A DNA stretch of 64,000 nt, from NCBI RefSeq assembly GCF_963676685.1, contig NC_092351.1:6944001-7008000 (forward strand). Direction: 5' to 3'. The translations under genes and the position numbers were made by a program. The notes below the pieces were generated by a model that searched no databases, was not told where the DNA came from, and saw only the letters and a program-made list of their open reading frames with translations. Source of the stretch: Mytilus edulis. Taxonomy: Eukaryota. Positions 1 to 14,000 of this stretch are shown piece after piece; the first letter of the stretch is position 1, and each line of letters opens with the position of its first letter.

Positions 1-2286
1 GTCAAATTTTTACGTTTTATGGCGATTAATGCTTATTTGGGATAAGTTTTTATTTTGCTTGCAATTATTGTTTTGCATATCAATATGGATACTTCTTAAT
101 GTTTGGTTTTCTGATTATGCATGAAATATTTCCCACTGAAAGTAACAAAAGCAACAAACAACAAAATATATCGTATATAAGTAATGCATAAATCTATATA
201 AAATGAGAAGATATATATATACGGTATGATGAGTGCCAATGAGACAACTCTCTACAAGAGACCAATTGACATAAAAAGTAATAAAATGCAATGTTTCCCC
301 ATTAAGATCCGAAAAGGAGGAAGATATATATAAAAAGTTTGTCGGGAATTACACGTTAAACGGGTATTGCTTATAAAGTTCAATTTACTTTCTTTAATAG
401 CGGTACAATTATATTAAGAAATGAAACGATTGTTAGAAAAAAAAAGAAGATAAATTATAATTTACAAGCTTTGTATGATGTGGAGAGGTATCATACTATT
501 CAATCCTATGTATTAATTATAATATTTATCATTTAGTGATTATTATAACCAAGGATTTGTATAGTGAGCCCACTATACAAATCCTTGTTATAACCAAATT
601 CAGTCATCTGTATATAATTATGTGTTTCCTTATGTTTTAAGGTGTACATAGTTGCTAAAACTATACCCTTTGGGTAGTGCTCCACAATTAATGGAGGAAT
701 ATACAAGAAACTGAACTGAACTGGTATATAGCCAATGGCACGCTTTAGGCCCAATTTCATTTTCACTTTCAACAGGAACATATATATTAAGGCTATACTG
801 TTCCCAGCTTTCAAGTTCTATACATATGAATCTTATTGCAGAGAAATAAAAAAAAAATCGAAGTTTTACGCTAGCCTTCCAAAATTTGAATATTTGAACA
901 AGATGATTTTTTTATCCTCTCGTGATACAAAACTTGTTCACAGCTTAAGAACCTCATCTAAACGAATTACCCCAGTCATCGGATTTTTTTTATATACTTT
1001 GTGGTCTTGTTGATAGTATCTGACCATCAAGCAAATTCTATCTGAGGAAATATATACAGATGATCCACCATAAATAACGTACCCCGAATCGACAACGTTG
1101 AAAACGTATGATAGATAGATAGATAGATAGGAGATAGATAGATATATTTTATTTCCAATAGTGGACCCATTACGGGCATAATCAGTACATTGATTTTTTT
1201 TATCACACAATGCCAATAGACAATAAACAAAAAATAAAAATAGAAATACGTTTGACAAAAAAACATGAAATATAAATTGAGTTAATAATTCTTGTAGTCA
1301 CATATCAAAAACCTGTATGTTTAGTGATTATTGACCATGCACCAGAAGCAGCATCACATCCATTATTTAAAAAAAACAAAAACAAACTTTGAGTTAAGTC
1401 CTTCCTCGTGGCTGATGCATATGAGCAAATAGTATTGTTGTTCATATGCAGGAGTCACCAAGGGCAGGTGCTTAAAGGTCACTCAAGCCTCTTCACAGAA
1501 ATCTGAAAAATTTAAACATTTTACAACACAAGCATAAACTAATACTTAAAAAAGAATTACTATATTGTAGTCCTCCTTGAAAATATGAAAAACTTGCAAG
1601 ACATTTCATTTCTTTCAAAAAGAAGTCGTTTTGACTACGCAAATTATTAAAAAGTATGTAGCTGTTTTGTAAAGTTAAAGTACAATCACGGAAAAGCACT
1701 ATGTAGCATGAAACTAATCTAAATTTGCAATAAATAACGTCGAAAATGACAATTTATTTGTTAAAAGCGGCGAAATCTGACATTGGACATCTTGCAAGAC
1801 ATTTGCCAGTAGCCGTTGCATTTTTATATGTAGTGTGAGTGCTGCAAAAATTCGATTTCGATATGGTCTATGTATGTACTTTTGTGAGCATAATTTACAC
1901 AAACGAAATATCATATTATCTTATATTTTAAAACCTATAAATTTTGATAACTTAACATTTTCCAAAATCTGACCATAATGAACATTATTTGTTTTTGCCA
2001 AAAAATAGCGTTGGTCGTTACAGGAACGCATATTCAGTAATATTGTAATACTTAATATATATAAATTAAAGCATATCTTTCATTCGAATTTTCGTGGATA
2101 TAACACTGTTTTGAAGAACACAAGCACCCCTGCTAAAGTTATTATGTGTATTATAGTCTGTTACGTCTGACACGCATATTTGTGATGTTTTGTCAATATG
2201 TTGCCTTATTTTAGACTATAGTAAAATATGATAAAACAATTTGTACTTTTTTTCAAAACAGTATTTACCTGTCTAGTCTATGGATA

Positions 2287-3879
2287 TGTTACAGTGAATT
2301 TGTAGAATCCCTGATTTTTCAGGGATCATGTAGAATCACTAAACTGATAAGTGATTATATATAAACCCTGAAAATGAACAGTGATTTTACATGATCACTG
2401 AACATTTTAATAATTATTCTACAAATTCCCTGAAATTATTTTAGGGATTATCAATAATTCAAAGATACTTTGTTTGATAAAAGTTAAATATGGACAAAAT
2501 AATACTTTGTTTGTTCTTATTCTTAGAAAGTTTAAGGACCATCTTTTATATTTCATACATATTGCACATCGTTATACATCAATATAGGATGTTAGCTATT
2601 GGGTATAGATAAAAAAAAAAAGTCTAAAATATTTGACGAACATTTTTTTTGGTGATTAAAGCAAAAGTAATAAAATCTAGATATACAGTTTTTTCTATGT
2701 ACTATTTATCATTATGCACATTTCTGCGATTAGCGTCTCATTTGTAAACTATTATTTTAGTCAGATTTGGGATGACTTCTGAGGCCCCCTTTTTGGGAAA
2801 AAACATTGGTTGCTTATATAGGGAATCCATGAAGCGTGACTGGAGCCTGCCCCTCTTAGGCAGTCAGTGGGCCCCACTTATGAAAATTTCTAGATCTGCC
2901 AGTGGACTTTTTGTTGAACCAAGGATTTGTATGGTCTTACTAGACAAATCCTTGGTTGAACCTATTGTTCGCAAAGAATTTAATTCATATAGACACATTT
3001 TTTTGGTTGATATGCAATCTACTAAATTTAAATTTTAATCCATCATGGTTTACTAAGATAATATGACAAAAAACTCAAGTGTAAATCCACAGTGCATGTT
3101 ATGTGTGGTTCAACAAATGGTGAATAAGGTTATTGAACATCTGTTCTGTGTATTTTATGTTTAAATGAACAAGAAATTAAAACTGAGAGATTTGCCTCAA
3201 CTAAATTTCTAGAAATACAGGCAGAACAAATGATTGGAAGTACCTGTTATGATTTAATTTATTTCTACACGATAGCCTCTAGTTTTGGTACCTCAGATGT
3301 TTGTACTGAACTCTTCATTTTTCTTCGAAGTGTAAATCTGATTAGATATGTGAAGGACAATATTTGTTAAAATGCCGATGTTGTGGTAAAAACATACTAC
3401 ATGTGATTCAAATAGATGTGCCTGTAGAAAAGCAGGGCAAATGTGCAATAGTCGATGTCATCCAAATCAATTTGTAAAAATAGATGATTGTTTTTGAAAT
3501 ATTGTTCTTAATATTTAAATATAATTATTGTGCTAAATATTTAAGTACATTGTTTCTAACATTCTAATGTATTGATGTTATCATTCTTATACATGTATAT
3601 TGTGCTTAACATTTTACAACTTTTGTTTAAAATGATGTTTTAATATGATTATTTTAGAATTAATTATCTAAATTTAATTTATTCATTTTTATATAAATAC
3701 AACTAATTCATCACTTCAGTTATTATGTATAATCCCTGACGTTTTTTCTAGTGATTATACATAATCCCTGAAAGTTTTAGTGATTATATATAATCCCTAA
3801 ACTGACCAGTGATTCTACATTATCCCTGAAATTTTCAGGGATTCAACATAATCACTGATTATACATATTCACTGTAACA
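2287..3879. mobile_element. Non-autonomous TIR DNA transposon, Ginger-like (TGT...ACA ends, 4-bp TSD)
   Basis: Perfect 13-bp TIR TGTTACAGTGAAT (2287-2299 / 3867-3879), flanked on both sides by GATA, with repeated subterminal AATCCCTG/AATCACT motifs at both ends. Confidence 0.75.
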
Positions 3880-4254
3880 GATATAAGTTTAAAATATCTT
3901 TAATACTGCTATTATAGAAAAGCTGTTGATTAGTGTGAACTTGTTGAATACGCGGTATTGACGCAATAACGTGCGTAACGTCTTTCCTAACGTCAATTCT
4001 TAATCGAATTACAATGCGCGTCAAATTCGCTTTACTGTCCAAACGACGTTAACTTTTTTAAATTCGTATTAACAAAAACGAATTTCTAATTTGAATTGGG
4101 TAATTCGAATTCGAATTAGCCAATCCGAATCAATTGGAATTAAAAAAGAAGAGTGGGAACGCGTTTAGCGAAAGAGACTGAATTTATAAAATGGGTAATG
4201 TTTTCCATTGCGGTCTGTAATATAAACCATGAAAAAAATTAGCGTCATTACGTA

Positions 4255-4400
4255 TGTCACAGTGAATTTGTAAAATCAGGGATTTTGTAAGATCCCTGGA
4301 ATAATTAGTAATTTTGTAAAATCACTAACAGTTTCAGTGAATTTTATCAGGAATTTTATAGAATCACTGAACATATTCGTAAAATCCCTTATTACAAATT
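4255..4400. mobile_element. Left end of a related Ginger-like element; no right end found
   Basis: TGTCACAGTGAATTTGT followed by the same subterminal motifs as at 2287. Confidence 0.55.
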
Positions 4401-5088
4401 TAATCTTGATATTAGAAATGTATTGTTCTTAATACAAATAAACCAATTATTAATATTTGACTACATTTCTTAATAAATAATACTAGTTAAAAGTATTGCA
4501 CAATGATTATGAATTATGATACATTGTGATGGACATAGGAACCGATATAAAAGATTAAATTACTTAATATTCGTCATATTTCTAACAGTGTTCAATATGT
4601 TGGATTTAAAATTTTCCCTCAATTATTTGAAGTAACATTTGTGTGTAAGACATGCATGTATTTGCCTGAGCCATCGAAACATTGTTTACATTTATTTGAG
4701 TGAAAATATTCCAAAATATTCGCCAATTATTTTTTAATGGTATTTATTTCAGTAATAAAGTAATTTCTATTCGAACGTTTCCTACTGTCTATATGAGTTA
4801 ATTCAATACTTTTTATCATATCTAATTTTACACATGTATATACAGAGGAACTCTTCCGAAACACGGTTGTATTCACATTGACTTTATTTAAAGCAATACA
4901 CAAGAACTGGTCGATTTATTTCCATTGTTACTTTTATCAGACCTAAATTTCAATTAAGTCGCTAGGAGGAATACAAACAAAAAGTGATTTAATAATTAAT
5001 TAAAAATTGTGCACATGTTGTGTGTAGGAAATCATTGACCATGTATTTATCCAGCAATGGTTATGGATAAAACTAATAACATTTATGC

Positions 5089-8000
5089 ATGGATATGATG
5101 CTCACCTATTTCCTGTTAGCCAGTCTGGCTTTTGTTTCAATTGGTAAGTATACATAGAGATCGACATAAAACAGTTATATTAAATATTCAATACGACTGG
5201 TCTTCAGATATATAAATAGATTTATGTATTATCATTTATATTTGCATTTTTTTGGGCAACTGCACATATAGCTACACGATGCACGACACTTATGAGTCAA
5301 CCACTTAGAGATAAATGCACCAACAGATGGAAATCACTTAAAATACTCATTATATTAATACAGTGATGCATTTCACTGTAAGGCATACACAATAAAAAAT
5401 GGCAATAGCTCAATAGAATAAACACCTTTAATTTAATATGCAATAGAAATCATAAAAGACGGTTCTTACTGTACAAAATCTATAATGTATGCATGCTCAT
5501 AGCATGCATAGCATATATGTGCACTCTGAAAAAATAGTGGACGATGAAGTGAGTGAAATGATATACTGTATATGGTATAACACATCCTGTATGTTGAGCT
5601 CTAGATTTTCTTTTGAATCTTGTGTTGTTGGGTTGCTGTTTAATTTACCCCATGCCTTCTTTTATTGAAACACTAAATAATGTTATATAATGTTGTTGGT
5701 CCATAAGGTATAGAACCACTAATTCGGGACAGGTCAGAAAGAACATAAGAAAGTAGTACATATTTTAAACAGAATAGTTCCTACGCATAGCTGTAACTAT
5801 CAGTTAGTATTTTGATAAATTTGGTATCAAATAAAAACTTTAAAACTTGTGATCAATGCAAGAGCTTTGTTGAAAGTTTATTTGGAATAGTACAAACATA
5901 TAATGAAATTATGATAAAAGGGCACATTTGCCCTGTTGTTCAGCCGGTACGACGTACATGTTTTTGAACTACCAAACTTCTGGGAACCAGTGCGCTCTAA
6001 TATGCAATAAGGGTGTGTTGAATTTTTCAGAATTCAGGATAGAGGATACATTGTAGTTTAAACATAATATAACTGCCAGTTTATTTAAACTTAAAACACA
6101 AAAGCCACAAATACTTTAAATTGCAACAAAAACCATATTTGTATTAAACATTCCATTCTCAAATATCTTTTTTTGTAGACTGGGTGCCTAGCTGTGAGTG
6201 CCCCTCTGAATTTAGAAGATATTATACATACATATCTCTTTATTTTGTAGAGAACACATGTGGAGGTAAAATAGCAAAAATTTCTAACTCCAAGGTATTC
6301 AAAACGGAATTTTCCTTAATAATTGGCAAACTAACTGTCATATTCCTGACTTGATACATGTATTTCCTTATGCGTTTCCCATTGAAATGAGTGGAGATGA
6401 AAGATATATATTTTTATTTTTTATTTTGTAGAGGGCGCCTGTGAGTTTCCCGCTGAATTGAGAGGCTATGATTGGTACACGACTAGTAATGGGAAAGTAA
6501 CAATACCATCTGATGGCAGTACTATAGTAAACTTTGAATCAGCAATACAGAGCGCGACGTTTACTTTAACCTGTTCAGAATATGACAGTGACACAGACCG
6601 TTATATTAGCACGTGAGTAGAAAGTATTCTAATAGGGATTCAAGACTGTCTATTGTTGCTTTTAACTTAACAATCAATATTTTAGGTGTCATACCACCAA
6701 TTAAAAGTCCCTATCTGTTCAACCAAATTTTACAATTTTCACAGCTTTCTAAATATTTTACCTTAAGTTTAACTTCATAGAAACCAGGTATATCCTGAAT
6801 CGTACATGTATCAGCTTTCTACATGCCAATTTTCAACAGATGTTTAAAATCATATACAAAAAGAAAAGGTCTTCCGAATAGAAGTAACACTAAAAATAAC
6901 CCCTGGTTTTCTGGAAATCTTAAATAAGTATTACTATGGAGTGCATTAATCCTCAATTTTGAATGCAAACTCATAAACAAGTAAAATTAAGCTCAAAAAG
7001 GTGGCATATTAAAGTTTAATTTTTATGGTGTGAAGAGAAGAGTTATACAGGTATAATACATTCCCGCGTCTTTCTTTAAACTCAAAGTTAATTGTCTGTT
7101 GGCAAAACTTGAAATGTTAATGGTCTATTCCATGAGAGAATTTAAAATTTTTAAGAAAACAAAACAAATGTCTAAATTTTTAACATTGTCAATTTAAACC
7201 CTGATTTGTACTAAACTGAGTCGGACACACTGTTCGTACGCACTGTATTATACACTCGACTGCGGCGATCATACTACCAAATAAACTCATCATAGATACC
7301 AGGACTAAATTTTGTATATATGCCAGACGCTCGTTTCGTCTACAAAAGACTCATCAGTGACGCTCGAATCCAAAAAAGTTAAAAAGGCCAAATAAAGTAC
7401 AAAGTTGAAGAGCATTGAGGACCAAAACTCCTAAAAGTTTTGCCAATTACAGCTAAGGTAATCCATCCCTGAGGTAGAAAAGCCTTAGTATTTCAAAAAT
7501 TCAAAATTTTGTAAACAGTTTAAATAGACTAAATTTTGCATATACGCCAGACGCGTTTCGTTTTATTATTTAGTGTATTGTATTTGCGTTTGTCGTAGAA
7601 TTTTAAAAACGTTAAAAAATTGTTGAAAAAACATTTGAAGCATTTGTTAAAAAGCAATACTTTTCGTGCATGCAAATGTCAAAATTTCATCCCAAATTTC
7701 ATTTCAGGGTACAGTTTAGATTGTTCGGTGCAGTGGACAATTTCAAAGCCTTTTTCTGTATGAAGTTTACCAAAATAACGTCAATGAAGTATATTATGAC
7801 GTATGACGCAGGTAAGTTCATTTGTACATTCAGACATATGGCATTTCTATTCCAGATTGTTGTGGCTTTGTATTCATGACACACGACGTATGATACATTG
7901 CCATGCCGTTCGCGATTCCATATTGAAATCTGTATCATACAATGTCATATCCTATGTGATACCCTATCATAGTCTACATAATATTCCAGCAGATTCGACA

Positions 8001-11000
8001 TGGTCTCCGAGCATATTACACTTGACAGTATCGTACCTGAAACCATGGTATATCTTACTCAATACCGTGTCATATCCTTCATTAAAACTTAGTATATTTC
8101 CTTTTTGAAACTCTAATATATCCTTGTTGATACCCTGAATAATTGTTTTACATATGTACATTGTTCTCTGACACTCTGGAATATTTAACTTGATAACATG
8201 ACATATATTTATGAAATCATTTTACAAATCCTATATATGAGTAATGATACACTGAAATATTCTTCATTATACTCTATCACATATGCTCCTTCGCTTTTTT
8301 GTGTGTTTTTGTTGTTGTTGTTGTGCATGTTATGTCATGGATGGATGGATTGTTCATATCCTTTTTGGCTCACCGGAGCCCGAAAGGACCCATGTGTGCT
8401 TATGCCATCACTTGGCGTCCGTCGTTGTCCTTCGTCTGTCGTCGTTAACTATTTCAAAAAAAAAATATCTCCTCTGAAACTACTGGACCAAATACCTTCA
8501 AACTTTCACTTAATGTTCCTTAAGGTATTTAGTTTATAAAGTATATCCGGAGTTTTGATCCATCGACAAACATTGCCACCATGGCTAAAAATAAAACATA
8601 GGGGTCAAATGCCATCGAATTGGTAGTTTTAAAAATTTTTTGCAGTTTTTGTTATTCACTTGAATATTATCATAGATAGATATAAAATGTAAACAGCCAT
8701 AATGTTCAGCAAAGTAAGATCTACAAAAACTTTAATATGACCAAAACTGTCAATTGACCTCCTAAGGAGTTATTGCCCTTTAAAGACAGTTTTACGCAAT
8801 TTATTTATCAAATTTGCTAATATTTAAAAAAAATTTCATCTGAAATACAGGTGAGCGATTCAGGCTCTTGAGAGCATTGAGAGCCTCTTGTTATATTTGT
8901 TGATAATGTGACATATCCAATTTAATACCTTACAAAATATCCTAGCATGTCCTGCCTGGTACATGTACATGTACCCTAACCTGGCTTACAAAATATCATA
9001 GAATATCCTACCTGATACCCGAACATAACTTACAAAATACCACAGAATATCCTAATTGATTGCAAGACAAACCATACAAAATATCATAGCATTTCATACC
9101 TGATACCAAGGCAAACCATACAAAATATCATAGCATATCATACCTGATACCAAGGCAAACCATACAAAATATACTAGCATTTCATACCTGATACCAAAAC
9201 ATACCTTACAAAATATTATAGCATTTCATACCTGATACCAAGGCAAACCATACAAAATATCATAGCATTTCATACCTGATACCAAGGCAAACCATACAAA
9301 ATATCCTAGCATATCCAGACATACGTTGAAAAAAATGCCCAAGCATATCAATACTGATACTCAAACACCCCGTACAAAATACCCCAACATTTCCTACCTT
9401 ATACCAAAGCACCCTACAAAATACCCTAGCATATCCTTCCTGATATTCAAACATACCATACAAAATACCATATTATTGCATAGCAATATTATATTTTCCA
9501 CTGAAAGTAACCAAAAGTTAGCATGCAATAAATTCTAATATTGCACTAGTGCAATATATCGTTAAAATTTCATGACGTTATCAACGACAAAATCTTAGTT
9601 TAAACCCATTTTTACTGTCAAATATTATATTGCTGTACAATAAAAGGGTTATTGCATGAATATTGGGGATATGTCCCTCGTAGAACATATATTTCATTCA
9701 TTCATTCATTTCTTTATTTCCTATCAAGAGATTCAATGAACAACATATATTAACAAAGTTTACAAAACAGACAACACAATACAATATTACACTATTTACA
9801 ATAAATTAACTATAGCATATTACCAAAAGAACATTTTAAGACAATTGCTCTCACTAACGACAGTTCATGTACTAGCACGCTACTGTATTATCCTTCTCGT
9901 TACTCTGCTATACTCAGCAACACAGAGTGCAACGTATACGTGGCACAAACTAAGAAAACTGTCAGTGTCGATATTTACTGTTGTTATGTGCTTGCCTAAA
10001 AGAATGCAGTATAACTGTTCATCGTCGTATGAATACAGTTCGACAAATAATTGCAATGGAAACCTTTCAATAATGAAATCCCACCATGCATCTCTGCTGA
10101 TTGATTGAGTACCACAAAAACTACAACACGCATGTACGTACACATCTAGACCTAGTTGAAGTTCTCAAGTCTAAAATACGCTTGACTATAAAGTGCTGAA
10201 AACAATTCAACGTTGGTATATCGTTTGACTTTAAATTTGTCCACATTTCAGAACCATACAGTACAGTAGGTAACACAATAGACTTATACAGTTAAAGTAG
10301 AACGCATGGATTTGCTGACTTGAGACATATACCGTTAAGAGCGAAAAATAATTGCGAATATCAAATTCTACTCGGGACAATATTTCCCAATATTCATGCA
10401 ATAACCCTATAGTATATACTACCTGACACCTACACATCCCAGCATATCATACTTGAGACCACAATTAAAAATATTTTGGTTTACCCAAACCCTACCCAAG
10501 GTTGAGACAGTGGGTAGGTAGGTAGGCATTTCTTTTTTTTTTTTTTTTTTTTTTTTAAGAAATTTACGTATCAGCTGTTTATTAGTCTTCATGCCAAATC
10601 TGATTAAAAAAAACTTCCTCAAATCAGGACAATAAAAGAATTTGAGTAGGCAGCTTTTTTCTGGGTATTTAGGGTTTGGGCAAACAACCCAATTCTTTTT
10701 TATGGCCTGATATCAAGACATATTTTACATGATACCCTAATATATTCTACATGATACCCTAATATATTCTACATGATACCCTAATATATTCTACATGATA
10801 CCCTAGTATATTCTACATGATACACCATTTGTATCTTATATAGACTTAGATAATTAAAATAAAAATAGATACATCTTGATATATAGTTTATTTATACTTT
10901 TATGAGTACTTATGATTTTACATACTCTTTACTTGTATCTTTACATTGTTCAAATCCGTGCGTTTCTCAGGCTGAGAACGATGTCTATCAACTTAATTCG

Positions 11001-14000
11001 TTTAATGTGTACTTATTGCTGCTTTAGTCTGATGGATCAGGGCCAATTTATGAGTTGTAAAATGGCTTTGTGTCGATTTACCTTTTGTAAGTTATTTCTT
11101 TTGTTTCGTAATGATCTATTAGTCAGATGAGTTATTTGCAACTGAATTTACAGTTTATTCTTTTGTTGTGCCGTTAAAAATTGTCTTATGCAAAATGGAC
11201 GAGAACTCACAAACTTGTTCAAGCACTACACATTATTGGTTTGCCTATTCCGAGTCAATGGGTGCCAATTGTTCGTGTCTGTCGTATTTTTTATATACAG
11301 TTCATGTTGCTCAAACTTCAGTTTTTGTGCAGTGTTTTTTGGACTGTCTTTTCATTGTTTACTATGGCAAACAATGTCTCTAACGAATTCCAATGCCTAT
11401 CTACACATACAGTATTGTACATGCTATCACATTCACATATACCAAGCAATGCACAAATGATCTTTTAAACTAATTGATCATTACATCACAAATATATAAG
11501 ACTATGTGTGGATAATTCGTCTTGTGTCTATGCTATAAGCCACGAATGTAATTAACAGCAAGAGTTCGAGCATTTGATTTTAAGAATGCAATAAGGGAAA
11601 AACAGTGAACTTGTTAATTTGTGAAATAACAAAGCTTTGTTCATGCAGAATCAGTAGACTTGAATTGAAAAGTCTGTTTTTTTGTAGCGGGACGGCTGCA
11701 GTGCAGGCGATTTGGTGTCACGATATCACAGTAGCATGGGTTCGAATCCCGGCGAGGGAAGAACCAAAAATTTGCGAAAGCAAATTTACAGATCTAACAT
11801 TGTTGGGTTGATGTTTAGACGAGTTGTATATACATTATGTACACAGCCATGTATCACCATCATTGATGGCGATCAGATGGATACATCGGTTGTAGGGTTG
11901 TCACTGACTCAGACGTACTTATGAATATAATTATTTTCTGTGACTGTATCTTACATTAATTTGTAGGATCCTTTACTATAGATAATTTAGCTGATCTGTA
12001 ACAATAACATATATATATATATATATAACTATCTTTTAAAAAGACGCAGCAGAGCTGCTTTGAATTCTGCATCCAAAAAAGCATAGACAAAGGGATTAAC
12101 AATACTGTTGACAATGAATAAATGGTAGAATGGAATGACGATAGCCAGCTCTGTCGGATGTAGCCCCTCCCAAAATGTTGGGTTTAAACCTTCTAACACA
12201 ACAATTGATCCAACGGGGAAATAACATAGGAGAGAAACGGAGGTAATGATGATAAACATGATGGAGAAATTTCGTTTTACACGTCTGTTTCTTTTCTCCA
12301 AATGATCTTCCTTTACTTTATTGCTTACAATAGCAACTTCTTTTTGTCCACTACTAGAATCAGTGCATACGTTTGATACTATTTTATGCTGTTTCTTTGA
12401 ATTCATTTCTATTAGGTTTCCGTTCCTCTCAGAGGTGTTTTCTGCCTTACACATTGTGCCCAAGTTATTCTCATTTTCTCTGCTTTCTATATCTATATTG
12501 ACTTGACTATCTGAAACAACATCCTTATCTTCTATAGGTGTATCAGTGTTTTCTTCAGATCCCGATTTTGGGATAGTGCTGTTCGACGCTTGTGTTTTCT
12601 TACATTTATCGGACTTGAAATGTTGGAATATTTTTAAACCAACTTTACCATAGAGAAATGTTAATGCAACAACAGTTAAAATCATCAAAACCCCAAACAA
12701 TATTGCATAAGCAAATCCAGCTTCATAATAAGCATACTCTTTTAGCCTACCACACCGGCTCCCATACTTAATTCCATCTACAAGAAAGTCATTTGATCCA
12801 TATAAGATAAGGTATGGAAAACATAGAATAACCGAGATAATACAGATGGATACAACCATCATTCGGCGAACTTTTAAACTTAAGGTATGGTCTCGGCAAA
12901 TTTTGAAGTATCTTTGTACAGCAATACATTGTAAAAGCCATAAAGATAAGGAGGCCGGTACGGTGAGACCGCAGAATGTTAGTTTACATAAAATGTTATG
13001 TGAGAACTTGATCTGATTTACGTCCCAGATAATAGCTGCCACCGAACACACAACGGACGCAAACATGTCTGCAATTGCTAACTTTGGAATGAAATATCTT
13101 TCATCTGAAGTACCTTTCATCTCATATCTATAGACCAATAGAACTACGAAATTTCCAATAATTCCAACGATGATATACAGCACAAGTAATGCCATATCAG
13201 GTATAAGGTTTCTTTCAACTAATTGTATCCAGTCTTCTACAATTTTGTCAGTCATATTGAGCTCTTTTGCATCTGAATTCCCCGGCATGCTTCCGTTAAC
13301 ATTTGTCAATGAACGCATGGTTACTTTGGTCCACAGTGTCTTAGAAACAAAAGAACATGCATAAAATACAAGACATTAAGAAATTAAATCTTAAAACGTG
13401 AACGTTGTCATGAGATAAGGGCTAAACAATGTAGAAAATGTATGATTGTTTGCTTCGCATCACGGTGCGAAGCTATTAGTTTCAGTCGACATACACGCCA
13501 TCTTGAATTAATTACTTAATATCACATAAAGGTTCTGATTGGTTGCAATATGATGCGGCTGCGATATAGCAACAGCTATTGGCTTAAGGTGGTACCCAAC
13601 ACTTTCACTAAAATTAATTTGGCTCGTTTAATTTTCATTAAATTTTGTCAAATTATTTACTTTGACACTTTAACAAAAATATAAAAATTTAAAAAATTTT
13701 GAACCAACCGTTTTGTCAGAAAAATTACACTGGTTATATAGCAATTTGACAAACACCAATTTTGATCATTGAGAAGCTTAATATTCTGTTTACAACACAA
13801 CGTAATTAAAACGTTTAGCTGACTTTACAGAGTTATCTCCCTGTAGTGTTAGGTACCACCTTAAACGAGATAAAGAATAATTTGCTTTTCCCGTCCGAGA
13901 ATGAGACATCAAATGCCCGAAAATTTACTATGTGTATTTCAGTTCCGATCAACTGTTATTAATTCATGTTATTTTTTTTCATGTTTTTTTCATGCATATA

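Noticed and set aside
533-1266. Cluster of short ORFs at the window start
   Set aside because: No motifs or consistent splice structure; partly (GATA)n microsatellite.
8990-9470. Regularly spaced repeats as a CRISPR array (also 25629-25795)
   Set aside because: The units are head-to-tail with no unique spacers, the context is eukaryotic, and there are no cas genes.
11690-11760. tRNA gene
   Set aside because: A B-box is present but there is no acceptor stem or cloverleaf; it fits a SINE head better.
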